Below, in pieces: positions 44,201 to 53,655 of a DNA stretch of 64,000 nucleotides. Below the pieces are notes generated by a model that saw only the letters and a list, made by a program, of their open reading frames with translations, did not search any database and was not told the DNA's origin. How positions within the stretch are numbered: position 1 is the stretch's first letter; each line of letters opens with the position of its first letter. The position numbers and the translations under genes were made by a program. This stretch comes from Hormiphora californensis (Eukaryota > Animalia > Ctenophora), in the NCBI GenBank assembly GCA_020137815.1, contig CM035353.1:62001-126000 (forward strand), read 5' to 3'.

Positions 44201-46445
44201 ATGGGAGAGGGCCATTAGAGTACAGTACCCAAACGGAGTATTGCAATCTGAAACTGGTTGGAGATGTTATCGTTCACTTTGGGTAAGTAATACTGGTCCC
44301 TGATTGGCTGATAACTAGTCACGTGACCTAAATAACGAGTTCTGATTGGTTGGAGATGTTATCGTTCACTTTGGGTAAGTAATACTGGTCCCTGATTGGC
44401 TGATAACCAGTCACGTGATCTAAATAACGAGTTCTGATTGGTTGGAGATGTTATTGTTCACTTTGGGTAAGTAATGCTGGTCCCTGATTGGCTGATAACC
44501 AGTCACGTGATCTAAATAACGAGTTCTGATTGGTTGGAGATGTTATCGTTCACTTTGGGTAAGTAATACTGGTAACAATACACAGCAGTTCCCAGGTTCC
44601 TAAGACAAACAAACACGTTCCTAAGACGTCTTTAACAAACAAACAAACAAACAAACACAGCAGTTCTAATTCCTCTAGGTCTCAGCTTCACTCCTCTCAG
44701 GCGCCGGCATTACTTATGTTAAATAATATGTAATGCAGTAATACATAACCCTAAGCTAAGCTATATAATATAGTACTCAGTATGATTATTGAAGCGTTTG
44801 AGGCGATATATGCTTTGAATATTGTCCAAATCACAGCACTAACAAACAAACAAACAAACTCACAAACAAACTCAATAGTGTGTTGTCTCGTCTGCAGGTA
44901 CGCGTTTGCCTTTCAACAGGGGTCCCCCTACAAAGAGGCGTTCAATAGGGAGATGCTGACCATGCAGGAAAAGGGTGTCATAATGAACTACTGGGAAAAT
45001 TATATCAGCCAGGGATCTTGCGAGGAGGACAAAGAGTTTGATTTTGAGGCGGATAAATTAGAAATCAAATCATTGATTGGTAATAAAAGATAAATTAATT
45101 TATCTTTTATTACAGTCGGACAAAGCCTTTGTTGTCCATCAACTGTCGAAGGTCTTTATTCGATTCTATTTTCAGGTTTGCTTATTATTGCACTTCCGTT
45201 GGTCTTGGTTGCTCTAATTCTTTTGGGAACTGAACTCTTTGCATCTCCAAAAGGGAAAAAGGGAAAGAGAATGGTAACGAAAGCAAATTATTTTTAGTCA
45301 GATATAATCATGTTGACTTTTCTTACATATTTCCGTTGTTTACAACCTGTTTTAGCCTCATACTTGTCATTTTGCATATGTTTTTGCATTCTTCATCCCC
45401 ATAATGATATGTTTTTGCATTCTTCATCCCCATAATGATATGTTTTTGCATTCTTCATCCAATAATGATATGTTTTCTTTTCTGTTACAGTTCTCACCAC
45501 TCGGTCGCCTTTTCAACAATAGCCCCGGAGCCCGAACCTGCGAAAGTAATCTTACAACCCCAAACGTAATGAAACTATGCGCTGTTATATAATATCACGT
45601 CATCAATAATTTCTTTGTCTTCGGGAAGTTTCGGGACCCGAAAATATGAGAAAATTATAATAGTTTCATCAAATTGTAGTTTCGAAAACGAAATTCAACA
45701 ACAAAATTGTAATATCAAAAACAAAATTCAACAACAATCGATATAGTGTCATAATTTTCAGGTTTCGAAACTTTTTGAAAACAAGGGATCAGTACTTCTT
45801 CTTCTTGTGTTTTGTGCATGGTTTGCAGTGCTTGTCGTGCTTGTTTGGGGTGGAGGTAGCGTCATTGCCGTGACTGTGTGCTACTCATACTGGAGTCTTG
45901 TCTTATTCCTGCATCTTAGAGACTCCCAGTTCTTTAGCGAGGTAACTCACCTCTAGCATTTAATATATGTGCATGTATTGTTGGAAGTGTTGTTTGATCT
46001 AAAAATGGGATTCTTAATTTATTTTTTCCGTGAAATGCCCTCCTTTTGATCAAGCCCATATCTGTTATCTATATGTATTCACTAGTCTACCATAGTCCAT
46101 AGAGTTTGGTTTGGAGTTTTACAGCACAACATATATACCTATCCGTTGTGTATTATCCGTCTCAAAAGATTATCTACCTATAGGGTATGCAAGACATTTT
46201 GAAACACCAATTGGATCTAAATGAGAGTGTAGCAGACAAAATGGAGCTGAATGAGGAATCGGTGGGGCTTTCAACTGATTTTGATTCCGTTCATGCCTCA
46301 CTAGATCGAAGCGGTAAGACATTGAACGCAATTTAATTAGATAAAACATTCCTTTCCCTTTTAGCACCTTAACTGCCAATTATGTGATACCATTGACACT
46401 ATTAAAATAAATTTTTTCCTTCCACAGAGTTTGAAGAATGAATGA
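32235..46445 (+). CDS. Ionotropic glutamate receptor subunit B (epsilon-like paralogue)
   Basis: Exons 32235-32316 (signal peptide), 33374-33453, 33690-33771, 33872-33963, 34094-34189, 34310-34391, 34548-34658 (two apparent +1 indels), 34969-35125, 35219-35359, 35566-35742, 35877-35987, 40938-41121, 41196-41362, 41436-41599, 41735-41814 (M1), 42230-42352, 42635-42808 (MYTANLAAFLT), 43820-43932, 44104-44282, 44898-45079, 45176-45273 (M4). Tentative tail exons 45491-45565, 45762-45941, 46428-46445. Many exon lengths equal those of paralogue A (80, 92, 96, 82, 167, 164, 174, 113). Confidence 0.88.
32389..33245 (+). repeat. C/A-rich ~38-bp minisatellite in iGluR-B intron 1
   Basis: CACACAGCACCTCCACCCACCCACCGCCCCCACCCCAC, ~22 imperfect copies; open in several frames only because the unit lacks stops. 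Confidence 0.95.
36486..39950 (-). CDS. LINE ORF2: AP endonuclease + reverse transcriptase
   Basis: APE motifs YCNVNGL, LNETWL, GGGVMI, IIGDLNL, LDLILT, SDH; RT motifs YRPISLT, DFQKAFDSV, GVPQGSILGP, LYADDLK, DLGV; uninterrupted 1154 codons. Confidence 0.95.
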   Translation of the reverse strand: MFYYPNQQTLREPLVPKPKSKTPTMISAEQYRQTIGRFAGGRGGKRKMFTNKTLDRQYRQTSSISPFHLILYLSYSILILILLGSMSRCTSSLSCRELCMETGREEVGKSINQHYIWYANCVLTLVIFKSMGKIGNTCSKIIVRCRLVVLLIFLSSLAKALIVIHQPSIVNPGPTEPKTKISVVYCNVNGLINMQSISGDQPQFQVSKLSDLRAYLFTYEPEIVVLNETWLNKHVNDGELVSDQFYTIYRKDRTKRDMEMYDKKGGGGVMILCKNNMGIEVDQVKDKVNLPIVTILLKSKNLTPICISTFYRYDYSGSDCLEETERYYTRLSRKYKNLAIIGDLNLSSVKDWDDPVSSNSIHEGFAHLFTSLGMSSLINAPTHRDGNVLDLILTNNSSCFSNVSVEENCLVKSDHFTIKCEVQIKKIRPKFKTAKKFSYKKADWDAINEGLIRYDWTKEFKHLRAEQSLQKFKSKLDITLRHHVPLVNVKIGSQPPWYDDELRQLKRSMDNSRKASLKFPNDVSLKNVFTCMEAEYRKASREKETHFLELSSIDESASTAAISKKFFKHVKSKTSSTRVPDIVHYEDNSEKSSQQKCKMFNDFFCKQFTQASTYSTPIDFDRNHDNDFNNETFHFDEVVDILRKLDASKATGPDNIDGIVLKKCHKSLAYPLVLIFNKVFDEGSIPTEWKNANVVPVHKKGDKSNVENYRPISLTCLIMKVFEKLVRERLYRACLEKVTPHQHGFVPLKSCTTQLIEFNCELAINLNQHLQTDIIYFDFQKAFDSVSHDVILEKLKVQYNINGKMLQFLKAYLSGRRQRVALDGEFSEWSNVKSGVPQGSILGPFLFVLFINDIVEAIGDEGETNIKLYADDLKIWRTIKNENDSLQPDIDRLIEWSVKNKMKFHPNKCKLLRCTLKHKPVNLKYYLGSSEIQQCTNETDLGVITNRKLSPLEHQNMIISKTSQRLGLVKRTSALVDSPLKRRTLYVSLVSSLFEHCSQIWRPVSASSIEKFEKLQKRALKWINNEMELSYDWKTYVSKLKQRKILPITERFLYNDLKLFHKIFYGSSSLKLPMFLHKYIPDRHDRRTTRQQTNRDQTDIICTHNPNIDAFKHSYFYRIHVEWNNLPHDLRCLDSHDAFVAKLKDYLWNNIPNS
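39997..40830 (-). CDS. LINE ORF1 C-terminal part: proline-rich linker + SGNH/GDSL esterase
   Basis: LLGTSL (block I), SVSGA (II), YGTND (III), DGVHLN (V); the frame is open upstream of 40656 through poly-Pro to the truncation near 40830. Confidence 0.88.
   Translation of the reverse strand, partial: HYRRATPQLPSTDLVPPPPPPSPRRLPSPPSRATIGVQHSPPPPNGDGYQPDPPPPPPVANVPVPSVRPPLLPTPSGVVPSLRHAVNPRSPTTLLLGTSLSKWVPEIRGLENISVSGARIVKPHSKWKGTTAFEELSRYHQSHPEAHFEKVVICYGTNDIRFDKNFCENSATKNRLQGALCHLVRQIRRLYGDPEIVITHVLPLRGDFSYTVSNVTMYNKIVNCVSQLMNCSFVSWMADFLTRDLFFNSSLYCRDGVHLNKYGYSVLTDLIYNEVLR
42371..42578. mobile_element. Short imperfect-TIR element with internal CCCTAA repeats
   Basis: GGGTCTAGGACTGAATGTCGAACAGACAATAAATCAC pairs imperfectly with GTGATTTATCGTCCGTTCGACTTTTAGTACGGACCC. 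Confidence 0.55.
42813..43620. mobile_element. PIF/Harbinger-type MITE, 4 nt downstream of the M3 exon end
   Basis: TTA|GGGGGACCACATACAGCAC ... GTGCTGTATGTGGTCCCCC|TTA (3-bp TTA TSD, GGG termini). Confidence 0.88.
44255..44572 (+). repeat. 92-bp tandem repeat (3.5 copies) spanning an exon end and splice donor
   Basis: TGGTTGGAGATGTTATCGTTCACTTTGG|GTAAGTAATACTGG... at 44255, 44347, 44439 and 44531. Confidence 0.93.
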
Positions 46446-46768
46446 GTTGAAGGAGCTGAAATGTGATTGATCCCGAATTTGGACTTTCGGAATGTTTTAA
46501 AAGACTTGATTTTATTAAATTAATCAGTTATTATGTGTATTTACAATTACATGTTTAATGTTAAAAACTAAACAAAACGTCCTCTCTCCGTTTTAAATAA
46601 ATACATAGCTTTTTAAATACAACTTTTCTTCTTTTTCTTAACGTTTGATTGCATCAGATAAGACCGAAAAGAACCCTATAGTTTTATGGGTTTATGGGCT
46701 GCAGTCTTCTTCTCATGCACACAAAATCAGACATTGTTCACTTTATATAAAGTCTTATTAACTCCAAA

Positions 46769-48028
46769 TCAATTTCTCCTTCTGTTTGCTTGATTTAGTC
46801 GGACATCTTTGAAGCATTTCATTGAGTGACAACAATTCTTGTTGGAATTCCCCTTTCCCCTCTTACATTTCAATCTCAGACGTTCACAACCTGTATGTAA
46901 GAAATACGGGTAAAATCTCAGCGATCAAATCATCATGGAGAATCTCCATATAATTATGTGTTTGGTAAACGATCGAGCGTGTATATATAAAATATATAAA
47001 CAATGAACCGACCTGCTACTGTGTAATTTATTTTCTTCCAAGAGTTCGCATAAGAATCACAAGGTTTTGCGTTTTTAATTCCATGATAAGGTTGAAGGGA
47101 CCCCCGACTGTCTCCAAACAAATCGTAAACGGTCATCAAGCAGCCGTAATCCATCCTGGAAGTGATTACTAATTTTAGTAATTAATAATATAAGTAATGT
47201 TCTACAAACAATGTTCACAAACTCGAATAGCATGGAATACAGAAACAAAAAGGTGGGAAAAGAATAGTAAAATATTTATTTTGCTGTATGCTGGAAAAAT
47301 GGTTTAGGATATAATAGATTGGATATATTTTAATGCTGATATCACATCTTACTTTGCATGGTTGTACATCTCGGAGAAATCGTTGTTGGCCTTGATAAAG
47401 CAAAGCTGAGCGGCCTCTCCAGGGCCCGGGGACAGATTCTCTAGCTGACTATCATCAACACCGTCAAGAAGAGGGGTGGTAACAGGTATTTCCTGGGTTG
47501 AAGAAGCATCATCCATAGTGGTAGGTCCTTCATTTAGGTCCATAGTGGTAGCTCCTTCATTTAGGTCCATAGTGGTAGCTCCTTCATTTAGGTCCATAGT
47601 GGTAGCTTCTTCAACTAGTTCCATAGTGGTAGCTCCTTCATTTAGGTCCATAGTGGTAGGTCCTTCAGTTTCAAAAAATACACGCTTATCATGGATATCC
47701 TCTGTTGGTTGTTCAGTTTTCCATTCAGGTTGCTCACCGGTTATGACTACATCCAACCCTTCATCCTCCGTCTCCAAATCCTCCTCCTCTTTTGTGTGAC
47801 AGTCCACTGTCCCCTCCAGACTTTCCTCGAATCTCGCTAGCACGGTTATCAATGAAATTCAGTAGAGTTTCCGAGGTTTCAATGCTTTGCTGGAGAACTT
47901 TTCAGCAGCTCTCGGATCTGAGCAGCATCTTCAGTATAGCGGCTGCTGGACTGGCAGGCACCCTCAACGACGAATGTGAGGCCGGGTCCAACGATCAGAA
48001 CCAAACAAAACAGAAGGGTATTCATCAT
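46769..48028 (-). CDS. Predicted secreted acidic protein with 9-aa repeats and a Cys-rich C-terminus, unknown family
   Basis: Exons 48028-47353 (signal peptide MMNTLLFCLVLIVGPGLTFVVEGA; two apparent +1 indels near 47900 and 47857; EGATTMDLN-type repeats), 47155-47013, 46890-46769 (CERLRLKCKRGKGNSNKNCCHSMKC). GT-AG, phases 2 and 1 match. Confidence 0.72.
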
Positions 48029-49397
48029 AGTTTGAAGAAATAAGAAGAACAATGTGTTTATGGGAGCTATGAGATTTATTGCATTTTATATGGATATTTA
48101 TATATCGAGCACTGAGCACCTTGATACTTTGATCGAGTTATATGGCCCTTCCCCTCCTCCTTGGATTATGCAAGTAGGATCGCGAGGTCTGAAGCTGGGC
48201 GGTGAAAGAAAGAATCATGTAGAGGAGCTAAGGAGAGAGGGATCACAGCTTATCTGATATTTATATTTAGAGCGGCGGATAATATATGTGACGTTATTTT
48301 TATATTCAATCAGCTACGACATGTTATGACGTATTGGGAACGTACCGGCCCCTCTTTGTTGCCACAGCGATCAATATGGTAGCTATATGGATACTGCTAT
48401 TGACGTCATATAGGAACCTGTCGCTGCTGCACAACTCACCTAATGGGCAATAGTTCATGTGTATTTTGCTTTGGTGGAAGCACTAGCTGCAGGTGAGCTC
48501 CGTAAAACAAGGCCGCATGGAAGCCGGGCCGGTATCAAAACGATCACAACCTCAAAGCTGGGTGCATGCTTGTTGTCACGGGAGACTTGGATTTCGAGTC
48601 CATGATTCGTGACATATCTATTAATTCAATTTTATGGATCTGCACTTTTGCATTGATGTTCTAATTCTCTAAATCTTTCCTCCTCGACTTTTCCGGTTCC
48701 AGTTTTTCTTCTCCTTCTCTTGATTATGCTTTAGTTTTGCATATCGAATGTTAATATTTTTTAATACGGCGATATGATAACTTATCATTTGCACACAATC
48801 TACGAGTCCGCATTTATCAATCTAATATATTTGTTTATAGCTAATTAGTAAATAGTAAATACCCCGCACTGACCCCAATTAAAACGGGTCTCCCTACTAT
48901 TACTTCGTGTAGCGAATGACCCTGATGGGTGACCCGCTGCATTACAAAAACCCGGGGGTTTATTTAACGTGACTAATCACAATGTTCAGATGTTCAGGAA
49001 CAGTTCAGGACAGTTTTGAGCTGCAGCAGGTAACAGCTGATTTCTCCAAGTAACCATGCGGTGGGAGTATCATACTATCATGGTGATAATTATCTTGCGC
49101 ACATGGCTGCACTGCTCCATTGGACCTGAGCCCTTGCCAACACTGTGAAATATTGTCAACACTGAATTACCACATGTACGTGCGGCCCCACCTCAGCTGC
49201 AAGAATATGTGTGCACAGTTGCATGACTTTAAACTTTATAGTTGTTATATATTACTCATTACTCAACAAAACGCTTAAGTAGATAAAACAGTTCACTGTA
49301 GTGCAGAACTGCAGTAAGTATAGTAACTTTGTTGAGTAAGTATAGTAACTAGTAACGTACTGCAGTCGACTGTACGGGTTCCCGTTGAGTCGTTTTA

Positions 49398-49670
49398 CAG
49401 TCGGACACCAATTTACCGGGATGCACGGCCTTGCAGGCACGTCGTGCCCCCCGTAGGGCTTCGCGGGCAATGCTCGGCCGGAAAGGGTTCTGCTCGGTAA
49501 TTCGGGGTGCCCGGTATATCGGGGTCAAATACCGTCAATTTTCTATATCGGGAGAAATTTATCCTCCCGGTATATCGAGGCCCGGCCTGCGTGTGAGGGG
49601 ATCGCCCTTCGGGCGTGCGAACATGAGGGGCGCGACGTTCCCAAAGGCCCGGTGGATCCGGGGTCCGACA
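49398..49670. mobile_element. Degenerate CAGTCGGAC-family MITE
   Basis: TA|CAGTCGGACACCAATTTACCGG ... CCGGGGTCCGAC. Confidence 0.65.
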
Positions 49671-50384
49671 TTACATCCAAACATCACATGACCTTCCATG
49701 AACTGTGATTATCCGTAGTGTACATGGTATTTTACAAGCTTTTAGATCGTTTCGTTAATAAATCACCCCCTTCGCACGCTGACAAGGGGGGTGACTTCGG
49801 TACCAAGCAGATCGATATATGTTTTGTTAACATAGTTATTTTCAGCTAGAATACACTCGATGATGAATTAAATCAACTGGATTTCTGAAAGTTATATTTA
49901 AAAAAGGTAAAGGAGGGGGGGGGGTGACAAAAAAAGAAACGGTATGAACTTCGCTAAGCACTGGATCTTTCTATACTGGATCACATGTCATACATATTCC
50001 TTTGGAGGCCGGTCAACCTCCAGATCGGATCACATTGGAGGATCAGATCACAATCACCCAAGGATCAGATCACAGCTGCCCCAGTCACACAGAGGTAGAC
50101 AGATCACCTGAGAGAGAAAGAGTGAGAAAGTGCAGAGAGACCATCCCGTTTTACTTTTTAAGTGGAGAGAGGGTTGAACTTGAACAATGTAACCACACCG
50201 TTATAGTCCTACATCGATCCATATTCAATCTATAAAGGTGTTTCTGTGATGCAGTTGCCAATGTCACAGTCAATGTCAATGATTCTTGAATTCTCTTATT
50301 GTTATGGCATTTCCGACGAATCTGCTTCCTTTCATAGATCACAAGGGTGCCATTTGTTTTTAATAGAGAGAAACTTTCTCTTAG

Positions 50385-50618
<234 letters not shown>

Positions 50619-50775
50619 TACTTTAACAAGCTGTCAGATGACACTATATTGCTAGGTGTGATCTTCTGTGTTGTTGTTTTTGGCTTTTTGATAATACACG
50701 TACCTGTTGTTGTTAGTAACATTGTTATATAGTGTACAACTACAAGCAAATTAAATTAGTAAACTTGATTATAGA

Positions 50776-52737
50776 TTACCTCGACCAAAACGCGGAGTTT
50801 TTACGTCAGCCGACCCGAAACCTGATTAAATTTGGCCACCCGCTGGTCTCAGAGCCTCCAAATATGTCAAAATATGTCTAAATTGTCATTTGGGGTCATT
50901 TAGACCTTTTAATTACATGTAATTACCCTTAAATTACATGTAATTACATTTTAATTACATGTAATTACTTCCAATTACATTCCAATTACTTCAGCACCTC
51001 GAGAGCTTTCGAACGCACCCTAGAACACCTTTCTACTCCTTCTAATTGCCGAGTTCTGTATACCCCTTATTTTGACTGTTTTTCGCGTCCTACCCCTTAT
51101 AGATTTAGGTATGGCCATCGCCACACCCCCTATACGTCGCGGGACCTCGAGACCTTTCCAACGAGCCATAGAACACCTCTCTACTACTTCAGGGGGCTTC
51201 AAAACTTTCACTCTAAAAATATCTATGGTTATGGTTATGGTTTTACCTCGACCAAAACGCGGAGTTTTTACGTCAGCCGACCCGAAACCAGATTAAATTT
51301 GGGCACCCGCTGGTCTAAGGGTCTCCAAATACGTCAAAATATGTTTAAATTATCATTCTGGGTCATTTAGACCTTTCAATTACATGTAATTACCCTTTAA
51401 TTACATGTAATTACATTTTAATTACATGTAATTACTTCCAATTACATTCCAATTACTTCAGTACCTCGAGAGCTTTCGAACGCACCCTAGAACACCTTTC
51501 TACTCCTTCTAATTGCCGAGTTCTGTATACCCCTTATTTTGACTGTTTTTCGCGTCCTACCCCTTATAGGTTTGGGTATGGCCATCGCCACACCCCCTAT
51601 ACGTCGCGAGACCTCGAGACCTTTCCAACGAGCCATAGAACACCTCTCTACTACTTCAGGGGGCTTTAAAACTTTCACTCTAAAAATATCTATGGTTTAT
51701 GGTTTACCTCGACCAAAACGCGGAGTTTTTACGTCAGCCGACCCGAAACCGGATTAAATTTGGCCACCCGCTGGTCTCAGGGCCTCCAAATATGTCAAAA
51801 TATGTCTGAATTATCATGTGGGGTCATTTAGACCTTTTAATTACATGTAATTACCCTTTAATTACATGTAATTACCCTTTAATTACATGTAATTACTTCC
51901 AATTACATTCCAATTACTTCAGCATCTCGAGAGCTTTCGAACGCACCCTAGAACACCTTTCTACTGCTTCTAATTGCCGAGTTCAGCATACCCCTTATTT
52001 TGACTGTTTTTCGCGTCCTACCCCTTATAGGTTTGGGTATGGCCATCGCCACACCCCCTATACGTCGCGGGACCTCGAGACCTTTCCAACGAGCCATAGA
52101 ACACCTCTCTACTACTTCAGGGGGCTTCAAAACTTTCACTCTAAAAATATCTATGGTTTATGGTTTATGGTTTTATGGTTTTATGGTTTTTTTTCATCTG
52201 GTATTAAGGGCCTGTCGGCTCGGCCCCGTTGTTTTAGTTTTAGGGGGGATGTTTTAGGGGGGATGGGTTGAGTTTGGGTTATATTCGGGTCGGGGGGCCT
52301 TGCCAGGCCCCGAATGGTTATGGTTTTTTTTCATCTGGTATTAAGGGCCTGTCGGCTCGGCCCCGTTGTTTTAGTTTTAGGGGGGATGTTTTAGGGGGGA
52401 TGGGTTGAGTTTGGGTTATATTCGGGTCGGGGGGCCTTGCCAGGCCCCGAATGGTTTTATGGTTATGGTTTTTTTTTCATCTGGTATTAAGGGCCTGTCG
52501 GCTCGGCCCCGTTGTTTTAGTTTTAGGGGGGATGTTTTAGGGGGGATGGGTTGAGTTTGGGTTATATTCGGGTCGGGGGGCCTTGCCAGGCCCCGAATGG
52601 TTTTATGGTTTTTTTTCATCTGGTATTAAGGGCCTGTCGGCTCGGCCCCGTTGTTTTAGTTTTAGGGGGGATGTTTTAGGGGGGATGGGTTGAGTTTGGG
52701 TTATATTCGGGTCGGGGGGCCTTACCAGGCCCCGAAT
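50776..52737 (+). mobile_element. Composite repeat of three ~465-bp units then four ~140-bp units; Helentron/HINE-like ends
   Basis: Long units start TTACCTCGACCAAAACGCGG at ~50776, 51244 and 51704. Short units end TTCGGGTCGG-GGGGCCTTGCCAGGCCCC-GAAT. CCGACCCGAA/TTCGGGTCGG form subterminal inverted repeats; (TATGGT)n-like runs lie at the junctions. Confidence 0.7.
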
Positions 52738-52785
52738 ATAGAATCTGTATTATAGTACTGCAGATAGCTTGTTCCTATTGATATA

Positions 52786-52971
52786 CAGTCGGACCCCGAT
52801 TTACCGGGCCCCGGCCCCCGATTTACCGGAACCCCGATTTACCGGGAGGATAAACTTCCCCCGACATAGGAAATTAATGGTATTTGACCCCGATGGCCGA
52901 TATACCGGGCACCCCGATTTACCGGGCATAACCCTTTCCCCCGAGCATCCCGGTAAATCGGGGTCCGACTG
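52786..52971. mobile_element. CAGTCGGACCCCG-family MITE
   Basis: TA|CAGTCGGACCCCGATTTACCGGG ... CCCGGTAAATCGGGGTCCGACTG|TA. Confidence 0.9.
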
Positions 52972-52977
52972 TAATAT

Positions 52978-53655
52978 GTATATGAGGCATAAACTCTGGC
53001 CACTGGCACGTTATTTCAGATACCTTTCTCCCAGCGCGCCGCTGGGAGAAGGTAGCTGTAGTTAATCCGCCAGTGGCGGATAAACTGGTTTAAATCACGA
53101 CGACGATCCTGAGGCGTAGCCGAGGGAGAGGCGGAGGGGTTTAAACCAATAACGTGCCATTGGTCAGAGTTTATGGGTTATATACCCTGCTTTAGTTGTT
53201 TGTTTCAAGTATTACACACTAACAAGAGAGAGAACACTAATCAAAACACACAATGAAAGAGAACTGAGAAACAGTCAAAAACATCTCTCAATTGAGTGTA
53301 TATTGTTTGGTAACAGTTACTAAGGAGAGAGAGAAAGAAATAACAAGATATGGGGCATGCCAGACATAACACAGAGGAATTGAGATAGTGAAACAAAAGG
53401 GGAGATAAAGAGAGAGAAATTGACGGAATGTGTTGTTTCTTTCTCTCCAATGCAGTGTGTAACTCTTGCAAACAGTGTTCCCTCTGTATTTCAGTAAGAA
53501 CTGATCATTTACACACACTTTGAATGTAACATAGGAGTTAATAATAAACAGCCAGCCAGTGGGAAATAATCTGCCGCTGGACTGGCTGTATATTGAGAGC
53601 GCGCCAGTGGGACTTCTCGCCGCTGGCGGGTTATTTAAGTTAGCAGGGTATATAT
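52978..53655 (-). mobile_element. Second copy of the 10150-10808 repeat
   Basis: Reverse-complement homologue; the spurious ORFs at 10264+ and 53518- begin with the same residues (MCVNDQFLLKYRGNT). Confidence 0.85.

Noticed and set aside
51020-52619. Repeated short ORFs (MKVLKPPEVV..., MTVFRVLP...)
   Set aside because: They recur only because the underlying non-coding units are tandemly repeated.
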